From positions 4,128,001-4,192,000 of the forward strand of contig OZ242383.1 in the NCBI GenBank assembly GCA_965209155.1: a stretch of DNA of 64,000 bases. The letters run 5' to 3'. This stretch comes from a bacterium (GTDB lineage Bacteria > SAR324 > NAC60-12). The stretch's first letter is position 1. Every line of letters begins with the position of its first letter. Shown piece after piece: positions 30,201 through 38,450 of this stretch. A program made the position numbers and the translations under genes. The notes beneath the pieces were generated by a model. That model saw nothing but the letters and a program-made list of their open reading frames with translations, had not been told where the DNA came from and did no database searches.

Positions 30201-33195
30201 CCGGATCCTCTCGGACGTTGTCTTTTACGGCACCGGCCAGCTTCTCCATCAACTCGAAGCGGCCGCAGAGCCATGACATCTCCGTGGCTTCCTCATGCAG
30301 AGATAAGGCCAGGGGGTAATGCCGTTTCCAGGCGGCGGCTCCTGAAAGCTCCAGGCCCACGGTAAAATATTCCAGGGCCTGTTCAAAAGCCGCAGCCGCC
30401 CTGGCCTTAAGACCGGCCTTCAGGTTGAGTTCCGCCAGGTGCGATCGTTCTTTCCATTTATCCTTCACCCTCCGGGCCAGGTTGAGATGATGGACGATGT
30501 CAAAAAGCAGATCTTCACCTTTCTCCGGAGCGTATTGCTTGAGCAGAGCCTGACCGATTTGAAGATGGACCGGCTGTTTCTCCTTTTGGGCAATGAGGGC
30601 ATAGGCAGCCTGCTGCACCCGGTCATGCAGGAATTTGTAGCTGCGGCTCTCCGCGCTCGCTCCGGAGATAGGATTATCCGGCTGCGGAGCTCGGAAAAAA
30701 CCGAGGATCAACCCGGTTTCCAGAGCCGGCAACAGGTTCTCATAGAGTTCCCCGCTTCCGGCTCCACTGATCAGTCCTAACGATTCCAGGTCAAAGGTAT
30801 TGCCGATGCAGGCCGCCAAGCTTAAGAGTTTCCTGGTTTCAGAGGGGAACCGGTGGAGCCGGTCAACCAGCAACTCCACCACATTCTCGGTCACCGCCAG
30901 GAATTCGATGGCAGCCAGGTTCCAAATCCACTGTTTTTCCTCAGGGGAGAAGCGGATCAGGTTCTTTTCGGAGAGTAGGGTCAAAAACTGCCCCACAAAG
31001 AAGGGATTGCCTCCGGTTTTGCGCACCAGCAGTTCGGCCAGCGGTTTGGCCTCCTCAAGACGGCAGTGGCAGGTATGGACGAGCAGTAGTGAGATGTCAT
31101 CCGGGTTGAGGGGCTTTAAGGGGATTATTTGCACAGGCAGGCCAGTTTTTTTGATCACCTCACGACTGATCATCAGCCGGTGATCGGCCTCCACCTCGTT
31201 GTCGCGATAGGCCCCCAGGAAAAGCAGAGGTTTCCTCTCCGGATCCTGAGCGATCCGTTCCACCAGCTTGAGGGTATCGGCGTCCACCCACTGCAAGTCA
31301 TCCAGAAAAATAACCAGCGGATGGGTTTTTTCACAGAAAAGGTCGATGAACTCCAGTAAAACGGTAGTGAAGCGGTTGCGGGACTCCAGCGCTGCCATTT
31401 CCGGCAGCGGGGGTTGTGGGCCGATCATTTGTTCCAGTTCCGGGATCACCCGGGTCACCAGTTGTCCGTTGGGTCCCAGGGCAGCTCGTATCCTGCTTTT
31501 CCAACGCTCCATTCCGGATTTGTTTGCGACCGATATCTCCCGGATGAGTCCCCGCAGCGCCTCGATCAAGGCGCTGTAAGGGATATTGTGCCGGAGCTGG
31601 TCAAACTTGCCGGAGATGAGATAACCGCTTTTTTGGGCAACAGACCGGTGAATTTCACCGACCAGGGCGGTTTTGCCGACACCAGCAGTTCCCGAGACCA
31701 GCACTATCTCGGTCCCTCCCTGGCTGACTCGCTGCAGGGCGCCTTCCAGGGCGATGATTTCATCCTCCCGGCCGTAAAGCCCCGGGGCGATCTGCAATTC
31801 TTTAGGAATGTCCAAGCGAGCCAGGGGAAAGTCGGACAGGCTCTCCTGGTTTTCCAGTTGCTCCAGACAAATCAGGAGATCGGCTGCCAGACCCGAGTGA
31901 CTCTGGTAGCGCGCCTCGGCACGCTTGGCCAGCAGTTTCATCACCATATTAGAAAGAGTTTTAGGCACCCGCGGAGCCACCTGGTCCAGGGGTACGGGCT
32001 GCCGGGCAATGTGAGCGTGGATGATTTCCATGGCCTCCTGGGACCCAAAAGGCACTTTCCCGCTGAAAAGTTCATAAAGGGTAGCGCCCAGGGAATAAAA
32101 ATCACTGCGATAATCGAGGGGGCGGTTCATCCGGCCGGTCTGCTCGGGGGAGATATAGGGCAGGGTTTCCCCGCTTAGCCGGGGACTCAACGTCGTCAAA
32201 TTTTCCTTAGGCAACCGGGTGGCCAGGCCGAAGCCGCTCAGTTTGACCGTCCCCGATGCCGGATCGACAAAAATATTGAACGGGTTGATCATTTTATGCA
32301 GGATGCCCTGCCGGTGCACTTCTTTCAGGATGCCGATCAGTGAAACCGCTACCTTCAGCGAGTCCGGCAGGTCGAGCCGCGTGGTATCCATCAACTTTCT
32401 TAAAGGGAAACCTTCCGTGTTTTCCAGGATCAAGACCGATCCGTTTTTACATTGCACCAGTTCCTCTGACCTGAGGACCCCATCAATCTCCAGAGCCTGG
32501 GTGATCTCATGCTCATGCCGCATTTCCGCCAGCTCCTGGGCGCTCTGCTCAGAGGAAACCGCTCCCTTGATCAGGACCAAAAGCCCATCGCTTTGCCGCC
32601 TGCCACGCCAGAGCCGGGTCCGCCCACTTTCAAAAACGACCTCCTCCAGCGAGTAACCCGGAATCTCCGGATTTTTTCTGTCTGGAATCGTCCGCTCTTT
32701 TAGTGGATACCACTCTTTTGTTAGCCTGGATTGCGTTTCCATTCCCGGGCCAGTGGAGACTTCTTCCTTTGTCCCTTCAGGCATTTTGAAGCTTTTCAGC
32801 AGATCCTCAAGGAAACCCTGGTCCTTTTCGATTTCGTGGATTTTTCCCAACATTCTCCGGGCAGCATGGTAATTTAATCCGATTTTTTCTGATAATTGTT
32901 GAGCCGTCGTCTCCCCGTTGCATACGGCCACATAGTAAATCCCCCAAAACCAGTAACGCAGCGGAGTTCGCGTCCGGTGCATCAGAGTGCCCGCTATGAT
33001 CGAAGTCTGGTGTTTACAGTTTCTGCATTGCAGTAATTGACGTTTTTTCAGGGTATCGTATCGGTCACTACCGCAGACTGAGCACACAAAACCGGCTGGC
33101 CAACGGAGATGGAAGAGGTGATTGCGACAGACTTCATCGTTCGAAAAATGCTTTTGGATCTCATGAATGGAATGAGCTTGAATTGTTTCATCCAC
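27226..33195 (-). CDS. Multidomain sigma54 activator: IS1595-like Zn-ribbon/HTH, Ser/Thr (pseudo)kinase, P-loop ATPase, helical repeats, GAF, sigma54 AAA+, Fis HTH
   Basis: LRWPAGFVCSVCG...QCRNCKHQTSIIAGT; YISPEQTGRMN; GTAGVGKT and FLDDLQW; SILCAPI...IYLEN; GESGTGKE, GAFTGA, REDFFYR, WPGNVREL; KTLYRKI. Confidence 0.92.
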   Translation of the reverse strand: MDETIQAHSIHEIQKHFSNDEVCRNHLFHLRWPAGFVCSVCGSDRYDTLKKRQLLQCRNCKHQTSIIAGTLMHRTRTPLRYWFWGIYYVAVCNGETTAQQLSEKIGLNYHAARRMLGKIHEIEKDQGFLEDLLKSFKMPEGTKEEVSTGPGMETQSRLTKEWYPLKERTIPDRKNPEIPGYSLEEVVFESGRTRLWRGRRQSDGLLVLIKGAVSSEQSAQELAEMRHEHEITQALEIDGVLRSEELVQCKNGSVLILENTEGFPLRKLMDTTRLDLPDSLKVAVSLIGILKEVHRQGILHKMINPFNIFVDPASGTVKLSGFGLATRLPKENLTTLSPRLSGETLPYISPEQTGRMNRPLDYRSDFYSLGATLYELFSGKVPFGSQEAMEIIHAHIARQPVPLDQVAPRVPKTLSNMVMKLLAKRAEARYQSHSGLAADLLICLEQLENQESLSDFPLARLDIPKELQIAPGLYGREDEIIALEGALQRVSQGGTEIVLVSGTAGVGKTALVGEIHRSVAQKSGYLISGKFDQLRHNIPYSALIEALRGLIREISVANKSGMERWKSRIRAALGPNGQLVTRVIPELEQMIGPQPPLPEMAALESRNRFTTVLLEFIDLFCEKTHPLVIFLDDLQWVDADTLKLVERIAQDPERKPLLFLGAYRDNEVEADHRLMISREVIKKTGLPVQIIPLKPLNPDDISLLLVHTCHCRLEEAKPLAELLVRKTGGNPFFVGQFLTLLSEKNLIRFSPEEKQWIWNLAAIEFLAVTENVVELLVDRLHRFPSETRKLLSLAACIGNTFDLESLGLISGAGSGELYENLLPALETGLILGFFRAPQPDNPISGASAESRSYKFLHDRVQQAAYALIAQKEKQPVHLQIGQALLKQYAPEKGEDLLFDIVHHLNLARRVKDKWKERSHLAELNLKAGLKARAAAAFEQALEYFTVGLELSGAAAWKRHYPLALSLHEEATEMSWLCGRFELMEKLAGAVKDNVREDPDLANVYQCLIKAYTNQGELKKAMETGEEILEKLGYQLSRLSLDQWQQTLVQIKPGLAGKSVADVMRFEPLTQQDAEVLVPILYELHVAYGEAGVTLDNGLWQPIASKRISFLLNNFHPKHSPESYGLLATIYCEFMQDFEFGYELGSLGIQLMEALDLKEINCRVSEGFNGGTRSYREPLSASLEPLLEAHKMGIETGDFFNAGRSAVVRCQIAFMCGKELNWLKGELSTLKLALKKIDYILGSPQVEMLTKAIMILMEEPSSLSSGIMDHYHRVMGAEFVYHEQISFNYQKLVLLYLFEEYEAARETVFEMIKLMKTYKDALMDPLVNCYLSLALLAVYSQGSEGEKEEILTQVHGHQETLEKLARCAPSNYLHKYHLVEAERLRVLEGEPDAIMHHYDQAIALARESEFIHEEALANELAARYLLNQGRSDAAWAYLRSAMEKYEAWGAKRKVAHLKSRYPGLIVDDRAEAASPSANLDLATILKASEAISSTLELEPLLEILLGILIENAGAQTAALILETEAQSLIAARGSAEQVEYFLPLSLPVEKVGSLSLSVISWVKQTQEHLVLDNAAREERFAIDDYIRRERPKSILCAPITLQSALTGIIYLENNMVEGAFTSRRLEVVKHLSSQIAISLENTRLHENLKKAMDELKASETSLREENVRLKANIKERYRFGKIIGKSPVMQKIYELILKAAASDAGVIVYGESGTGKELVAEAIHEMSDRKEKPFVAVNAGGVAETLLESEFFGYKKGAFTGANTDKLGLLHLADKGTLFLDELGEIGPNLQAKLLRAVEGRGFTPVGGLKAEISDFRVIAATNKDLKEQIKKGLMREDFFYRIHIIPIHLPPLRERKEDIPLLIEHFMQNYPSSKNLPTITVAVMEALTSYDWPGNVRELINTMHRYLTLKKLDFLDSSLVDASQTELPVSVEARETNESLDATMKRFEKLYLTRVLDDNDWQQSKVSALLEVNPKTLYRKIKQYHLKPS

Positions 33196-33246
33196 TTGGT
33201 GCTCCCATATCTAAGGCGATTTAATGAAAACATTAGATTTTAAATT

Positions 33247-33624
33247 GATGATTAAATGAAAACATTAGATTTTAATTTTCAGGTTGGAATAACCTTTCAG
33301 ATTATTTAACGCAAGAAAATTATGCGTCTTCCATCACAGAAACTTCATCACTCCTACGAAGTGGTCCGCTAAGATGATTAAATGAAAACATTAGATTTTA
33401 AATTTTAGATTGGTATAACCTTTCAGATTATTTAACGCAAGAAAATTATGCGTCTTCCATCACAGAAACCTCATCGCTCCTACGAAGTGGTCCGCTAAGA
33501 TGATTAAATGAAAACATTAGATTTTAAATTTTAGATTGGTATAACCTTTCAGATTATTTAACGCAAGAAAATTATGCGTCTTCCATCACAGAAACTTCAC
33601 CGCTCCTACGAAGTAGTCCGCTAA
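33247..33624. repeat. Tandem repeat, 3 x 126 bp, plus a partial unit at 33218-33246
   Basis: Units start GATGATTAAATGAAAAC at 33247, 33373 and 33499, with few substitutions. Confidence 0.95.
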
Positions 33625-33857
33625 GATGAGAGATGATAGGCTGCTGCGGTAATTATATCTTTGGGGAATCGATGTCTTTTGAGACTGATCATGACCTTGA
33701 CTCATCTCCGTACCCTCATAGCGAGGCGCATATGTCGAATTGTATTGCCAAAGTTTATACCTCTCCGGAGATTCAAGAGAAATTGCTGTCCTCCGCACAA
33801 TGTGTTATTCTTTTGAAAAGACGACAAATTTCACCATTCATTCCTCTAGAGGACATC

Positions 33858-34355
33858 ATGACTGCTTTAGAATCCGTCAAAAATCACTCCTCTCCAAGAC
33901 GGGTGCCTCCTCCTGCCAAGGAGTTGCTCAGGGTGAGTGAAGCCGAGTATTGGAAGACGTATTATGAACACCCGGATGGTTCATATGAATGGAACAATGG
34001 CCTCTTGGAGGAAAAGCCTATGCCAGATTTTTTAAGCATCTCCCTCTATGAATGGTTCTTCCACTTATTAAAAGAGTATTTGACCGTCTTTCCCATCGGA
34101 CGGATGATGGTATTGGAAATGGGCTTTCGTTTGGCGGTGGGAAAGCAAAAGGTGAGTATTCGCAAACCGGATCTGGCCGTGATTCTCCACTCCAATCCTG
34201 TCGAGGCCAAACCGTTGGATCGTTCGTTTCATGGAGTGTGTGACCTCTGTATCGAGTTTTTATCCGACTCGACTCCCGCGGAGGAAGAAAAAGCGCTTGC
34301 GGAAGTCGAACGGCTGCGTGCTCTCCTCCAAGAGAAAGATTTTGATCCCCGCTAA
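33858..34355 (+). pseudogene. Uma2-family endonuclease, apparently internally deleted
   Basis: YEWNNGLLEE, RKPDLAV, DLCIEFLS, then a jump to a coiled tail. The usual K..Y...GV.EYW segment is missing. Confidence 0.65.
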
Positions 34356-34407
34356 AATTCTATGCCCCTCACAAAGGTCTTTTTCGATCCTTATCTCTAT
34401 GGCCATT

Positions 34408-35493
34408 CTACGGATTTCCTCCGGAAGGAAGGACATCGGCCAATTGGTCACGGACCCCGTAAGGGTCGAAGAGGGCTTCTACCTGAGCCCAGGTGGTGGG
34501 ATCCACCGGGATGCCTTGGGCCAATCGCTCTTGGCGCGTCTTGGCGGATCTTTCCCCCGGAAAGACAACCCCGCCCGATCCTTCCATCGGGGGGGTATCT
34601 TGAAGGTATTTCATCATCTGTTGAACCTCGGCCCGGATGGTTTCCAGGGGCGCCATACGGCCCAGGTCGATGGCGAGTATCGTGGATCCTTCACACATTT
34701 CCGCCATATAAGTTTTTCCATGAGGAACAGCGATCTGGCCAAGAAGCCCCCCGAAAAGCGCGATCATGACCGAGAGCGCATATCCCTTGTAGCCGCCTTG
34801 CAGGCCACCGAGGGGAAATTGGGCACCCCCCTCATAGAAATCGTTCGGGTTCCGACTGGGAACTCCATGCTTATCAATGATCCAAGTATCCGGCAGCTCC
34901 TGTTCCTGGTTACGGTAGACCCGTATCTTCCCCTCAGAGGTGATCGAGGTAGAAATATCAAGCAGGACCGGGGCGCCTTCAGCATGAGGGAAGGCCATCG
35001 CTAAAGGGTTTGAGCCGAGCCGGCCTTCGCGTCCGCCAAAGGGAACCAGGGGGGCCCACGGTTTTCCCGCCCAGCCCGTGAACATGATGGCAGCCAAACC
35101 GGCCGCTGCTGCCATTTCGGGGTAGGTTCCGATGCGACCCGTATGAGTCAGGTTTCCCATACTCACCAGGCTGACTCCATGGTCACGAGCCTTCTCGATC
35201 GCCATTTCGGTCGCACGTGTGGCAACCACCTGTCCGAAGGTAGAATGGCCATCGATCTGGAGGATCGCCCCATGGTCGCCAACGACTTCCGGCTCTGCCT
35301 TTGGATCGACCACGCCTTCCTCAATTTCTTTCAGGTACTGGGGTAGGCGAATGAACCCATGGGAATCGTATCCCGCAAGATTGGCCTGGACCAGGTGCTC
35401 CGCCACGATACCAGTGTGACTGGCCGGAGCACCTCCTGCCTGCAACATCACATCGGTTATCCGGACAACCTGAAGTTTCGTCAATATTGGCAT
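34408..35493 (-). CDS. Ldh-2 family (malate/L-lactate/ureidoglycolate-type) oxidoreductase
   Basis: GYDSHGFIRL, HTGRIG, GSNPLAMAFP, GYKGYAL, FPGE. Confidence 0.9.
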   Translation of the reverse strand: MPILTKLQVVRITDVMLQAGGAPASHTGIVAEHLVQANLAGYDSHGFIRLPQYLKEIEEGVVDPKAEPEVVGDHGAILQIDGHSTFGQVVATRATEMAIEKARDHGVSLVSMGNLTHTGRIGTYPEMAAAAGLAAIMFTGWAGKPWAPLVPFGGREGRLGSNPLAMAFPHAEGAPVLLDISTSITSEGKIRVYRNQEQELPDTWIIDKHGVPSRNPNDFYEGGAQFPLGGLQGGYKGYALSVMIALFGGLLGQIAVPHGKTYMAEMCEGSTILAIDLGRMAPLETIRAEVQQMMKYLQDTPPMEGSGGVVFPGERSAKTRQERLAQGIPVDPTTWAQVEALFDPYGVRDQLADVLPSGGNP

Positions 35494-35577
35494 AGATTGC
35501 TCCTGAGAATTCAGTTTGTTATCGGGCTCTCACGCGAAGCATGGGAAACCATTTATCAAAGCTCTCCTTTCCAAAAA

Positions 35578-36513
35578 TCATGAAGCTCTCTTTTGGCGAG
35601 ATCCGCCATAGCGCCCTGCCGCCCCCCGCAACCGGGGGTCGAGCAAATCCCTGAGGGCGTCGCCGAAAATGTTGAGGCCGTAGACGACAATCATCAAAGC
35701 AAGACCAGGCCAGATGGACATCAAAGGAGATAGGAACATATAAGAGCGTCCGGAGCCACTGAGCATTCCTCCCCAGGTAGGATCGGGCGGGGGGATGCCC
35801 AAACCCAGGAAGCTGAGGCCGGCTTCCCCTAAAATCATACCCGGCACAGTTGCCGAAAACAGGATGATGATGGTCGGCATAATATTGGGCAGGATATGTC
35901 GGGTTATGATTTTCGTAGTCGGACTGCCAATCGCCGCCGCCGCTTCTACATACATATTCTCTCGAATGGCGATCACGGCGCTTCTCATGATCCTGGAAAC
36001 GCCGATCCCTTGTACCAACCCCATCGCGATAATCAGCTGCCACATCCCTGGCCCCACGATAGAGACCGCAAATAAGAAAATGATGAACGGCGGAAAGCAA
36101 ATCCACCCATCCACAAAACGCTGCACCACGATATCGAACTTACCTCCGAAAAACCCGGAAGGGACCCCGATCAATAAGGCAACCAGGATCGCCAGAGCAG
36201 ACGCCCCTAAACCGACAATCATAGAGATACGAGCCCCAAAGACAATACGGCTATAAATATCCCGCCCAAGGTTGTCCGCCCCGAGGAAATACTTAAATGA
36301 GGGGGGATGCAGGTAATCTCTCGGGTGAATGTCGTTCACTCCATAAGGCGCCAGCCAATCGGCAAAAATACCAGTAAAAAGAAAGAGCAGCACGATCATC
36401 CCGCCAATAAGACCCAGGGGTTGCTCCTTGACCAGCCTGGTCAAGAACACCACCGACCTGGCACGTCGTTTGGGCTCACTGATATTGGATGGGATTTCCA
36501 GGGTATTATTCAA
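35578..36513 (-). CDS. ABC transporter permease (DppC/OppC-like)
   Basis: LGADNLGRD, YVEAAAAIG (EAA motif), HILPN, GDALRDLLDPR. Confidence 0.93.
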   Translation of the reverse strand: MNNTLEIPSNISEPKRRARSVVFLTRLVKEQPLGLIGGMIVLLFLFTGIFADWLAPYGVNDIHPRDYLHPPSFKYFLGADNLGRDIYSRIVFGARISMIVGLGASALAILVALLIGVPSGFFGGKFDIVVQRFVDGWICFPPFIIFLFAVSIVGPGMWQLIIAMGLVQGIGVSRIMRSAVIAIRENMYVEAAAAIGSPTTKIITRHILPNIMPTIIILFSATVPGMILGEAGLSFLGLGIPPPDPTWGGMLSGSGRSYMFLSPLMSIWPGLALMIVVYGLNIFGDALRDLLDPRLRGAAGRYGGSRQKRAS

Positions 36514-36574
36514 GATCGCTCCTTTTATCGTAACGGTTATCGGTAAACTGACAACCGTTAACCGATAACTTTTA

Positions 36575-37552
36575 TCAATACCGAATCCTGGGGTCCAGAA
36601 GGGCGTAGGTCAAGTCAACCACCAGGTTGGCCAGCATGATAATGATAGCGGCAAATATCGTTATTCCGGAGATTAAGGGATAGTCTCTATCATTAATGGC
36701 CTGTACCAATAAATGACCCAGGCCGGGCAAGCCGAATATCCTCTCGATGATAATGGTCCCCCCAATCACCCACGGTAACATAAATCCGATGACGGTGATC
36801 ACCGGAATGAGGGCGTTGGGAAGCGCATGCCGGAGGATGACCACCTTCTCCTTGAGTCCCTTGGACCAACCTGTCCTGATGTAATCATTCCTGAGGATCT
36901 CCAGCATCATGGTTCGTGTCATCCTCATGACTAACCCCGACATCAGCATGCCCAAAACCAGAGAGGGCACGATGAACTGCCCCAGGTTTTTAAGCGGGTC
37001 CTTCGTGAAACTGGTATACTCTATCGGCGGAGACCACCCCCACCAAAGCGAGGGGAAGACGATGACCAGCGTCCCCAGCCAGAAGTCGGGCATCGCGATA
37101 GCGAACATAGAAAAGCTGCGCGCGGTGTAGTCGCCAATGGTGTTTTGCCGTATTGCGGAATAGATCCCGATAGGGAGGGCTATCAGGATGGCTATTGTCA
37201 AAGTCAGGAGAGCAAGCTCAAAGGTTAAGGGTAATCGCTTGAGGACTATCCCAGTCACCGGGAGCTGGCTCCATAGGGATAATCCAAGGCTGCCTTGAAA
37301 CAGTCCGGAAAAAGAGCCATGTTGGTCCCGAATCACTCCTATCCAGCGTCCGTATTGGACAGGGATCGGCGCATCCAGTCCCAGGCGTTTTCTGACTTCC
37401 TCTTTGGTCATTTCTGACATGTTTCCCAGCCCAGATGCCATCTGGGACACGACATCGCCGGGAATTAAGCGAATGGCAAAGAACACGATGAGACTCATTA
37501 CGAAGATAGTGGGTATAATCAGGAGGACTCTCCTGATGATGTAGGCTTGCAT
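36575..37552 (-). CDS. ABC transporter permease (DppB/OppB-like)
   Basis: YIIRRVLL, LGLDAP, PDFWLG, DYIRT, RHALPNA, LLDPRIRY. Confidence 0.93.
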   Translation of the reverse strand: MQAYIIRRVLLIIPTIFVMSLIVFFAIRLIPGDVVSQMASGLGNMSEMTKEEVRKRLGLDAPIPVQYGRWIGVIRDQHGSFSGLFQGSLGLSLWSQLPVTGIVLKRLPLTFELALLTLTIAILIALPIGIYSAIRQNTIGDYTARSFSMFAIAMPDFWLGTLVIVFPSLWWGWSPPIEYTSFTKDPLKNLGQFIVPSLVLGMLMSGLVMRMTRTMMLEILRNDYIRTGWSKGLKEKVVILRHALPNALIPVITVIGFMLPWVIGGTIIIERIFGLPGLGHLLVQAINDRDYPLISGITIFAAIIIMLANLVVDLTYALLDPRIRY

Positions 37553-37675
37553 TTTGTATCCCCTTGTCTCTCTACCCTATCTTAATCGGGGAATGAGATC
37601 GCTCCATTCCCGAAGGGCCCATTACTGTCCCGTAACTATTCAGGTCTCTGAAAAACCCGTTCAGTTGAATATCAT

Positions 37676-37750
37676 TAAAAAGATTCCCGGAGAGGAGCGA
37701 TCGTTTTCAAGTCCCCCCACGATATAGTTCAATCGATCGGAAACCCTCTT
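37676..37750 (-). ncRNA. Candidate structured RNA motif, copy 1
   Basis: Three-stem junction closed by GAGGGUUUCCG/CGGGAAUCUUU and followed by a U-tract. Homologous to 37911-38026 and 49098-49175. Confidence 0.45.
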
Positions 37751-37910
37751 CATTCATAAAAACAACTTAACGAAATCGTGACTATAGCACAATAAAATGT
37801 TATGTAAACCCCTGATGTAAAATAAATTCGGGATTCGCAATAAAATTTAAAAAACAATAAATCTGCTCAAATGCGGGGACAGTCAGAAGCCGTTCAGTTC
37901 AATATCGGTG

Positions 37911-38026
37911 AAAAAAGATTCCCGAAGAGGATCCATCACTTCACTTCACTTCCTTCCGCAGCTATTTTGAATCGAACGGGCGGGAACCCTCCCAAGATTG
38001 TGTTCAATCGATCGGGAACCCTCTTT
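37911..38026 (-). ncRNA. Candidate structured RNA motif, copy 2 (expanded third stem)
   Basis: Closing stem GGUUCCCGA/UCGGGAAUC, hairpin GAUUG-AACA-CAAUC, stem GGAGGGUUC/GGAUCCUCU. Confidence 0.45.
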
Positions 38027-38450
38027 CACTAAAATAACTTTGAAAAGGCATATATGTCGCATTATTTTACGCAAAATCAAGCCCCCATAGCAAAAAAATG
38101 CAGGATTCATAAAAAAGTAGAAATTTTTGTCAAAATTCATCGACATCACAGAAAAGTTCTAATAACTGACTCATGCTATTTCCTTGGATATGAGTGTCGT
38201 TGTATTTCTTTTTTCTCATCTTATTTTCCAGGAGTTAGTGCAAAATCTTCATCTCGAACTCAGGTTAAATAAACGGTATCCATCGATTCAGAGGTGATGG
38301 AGAACCAGTGCAAAACCAGGGGATCCCCGTGAGCATCACTCTGCATTGCGTCACTTGCTTCTCATGGTTTAAATTGCTAAATTGTTGCAAGGTCAAGCTG
38401 GCGATGCAAAAGGTGTGTACTCGAATTCTATCTCACTTTTCTATTTGAAA

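Noticed and set aside
28129..32178. Long antisense ORFs (e.g. 28129-28881, 31414-32178) and similar shadow ORFs across the window
   Set aside because: They overlap well-supported genes on the opposite strand and have no motifs, as expected in GC-rich coding DNA.
33247..33624. CRISPR array
   Set aside because: The entire 126-bp unit is repeated, with no unique spacers, and no cas genes are present.
33196..33660. Intact IS1595 element around the regulator's N-terminus
   Set aside because: No DDE domain and no convincing IR pair or TSD found.
37676..37750. Assignment of the repeated RNA motif to purine, ykkC or glutamine riboswitch classes
   Set aside because: Only short coincidental words match; the conserved cores and stem order do not.
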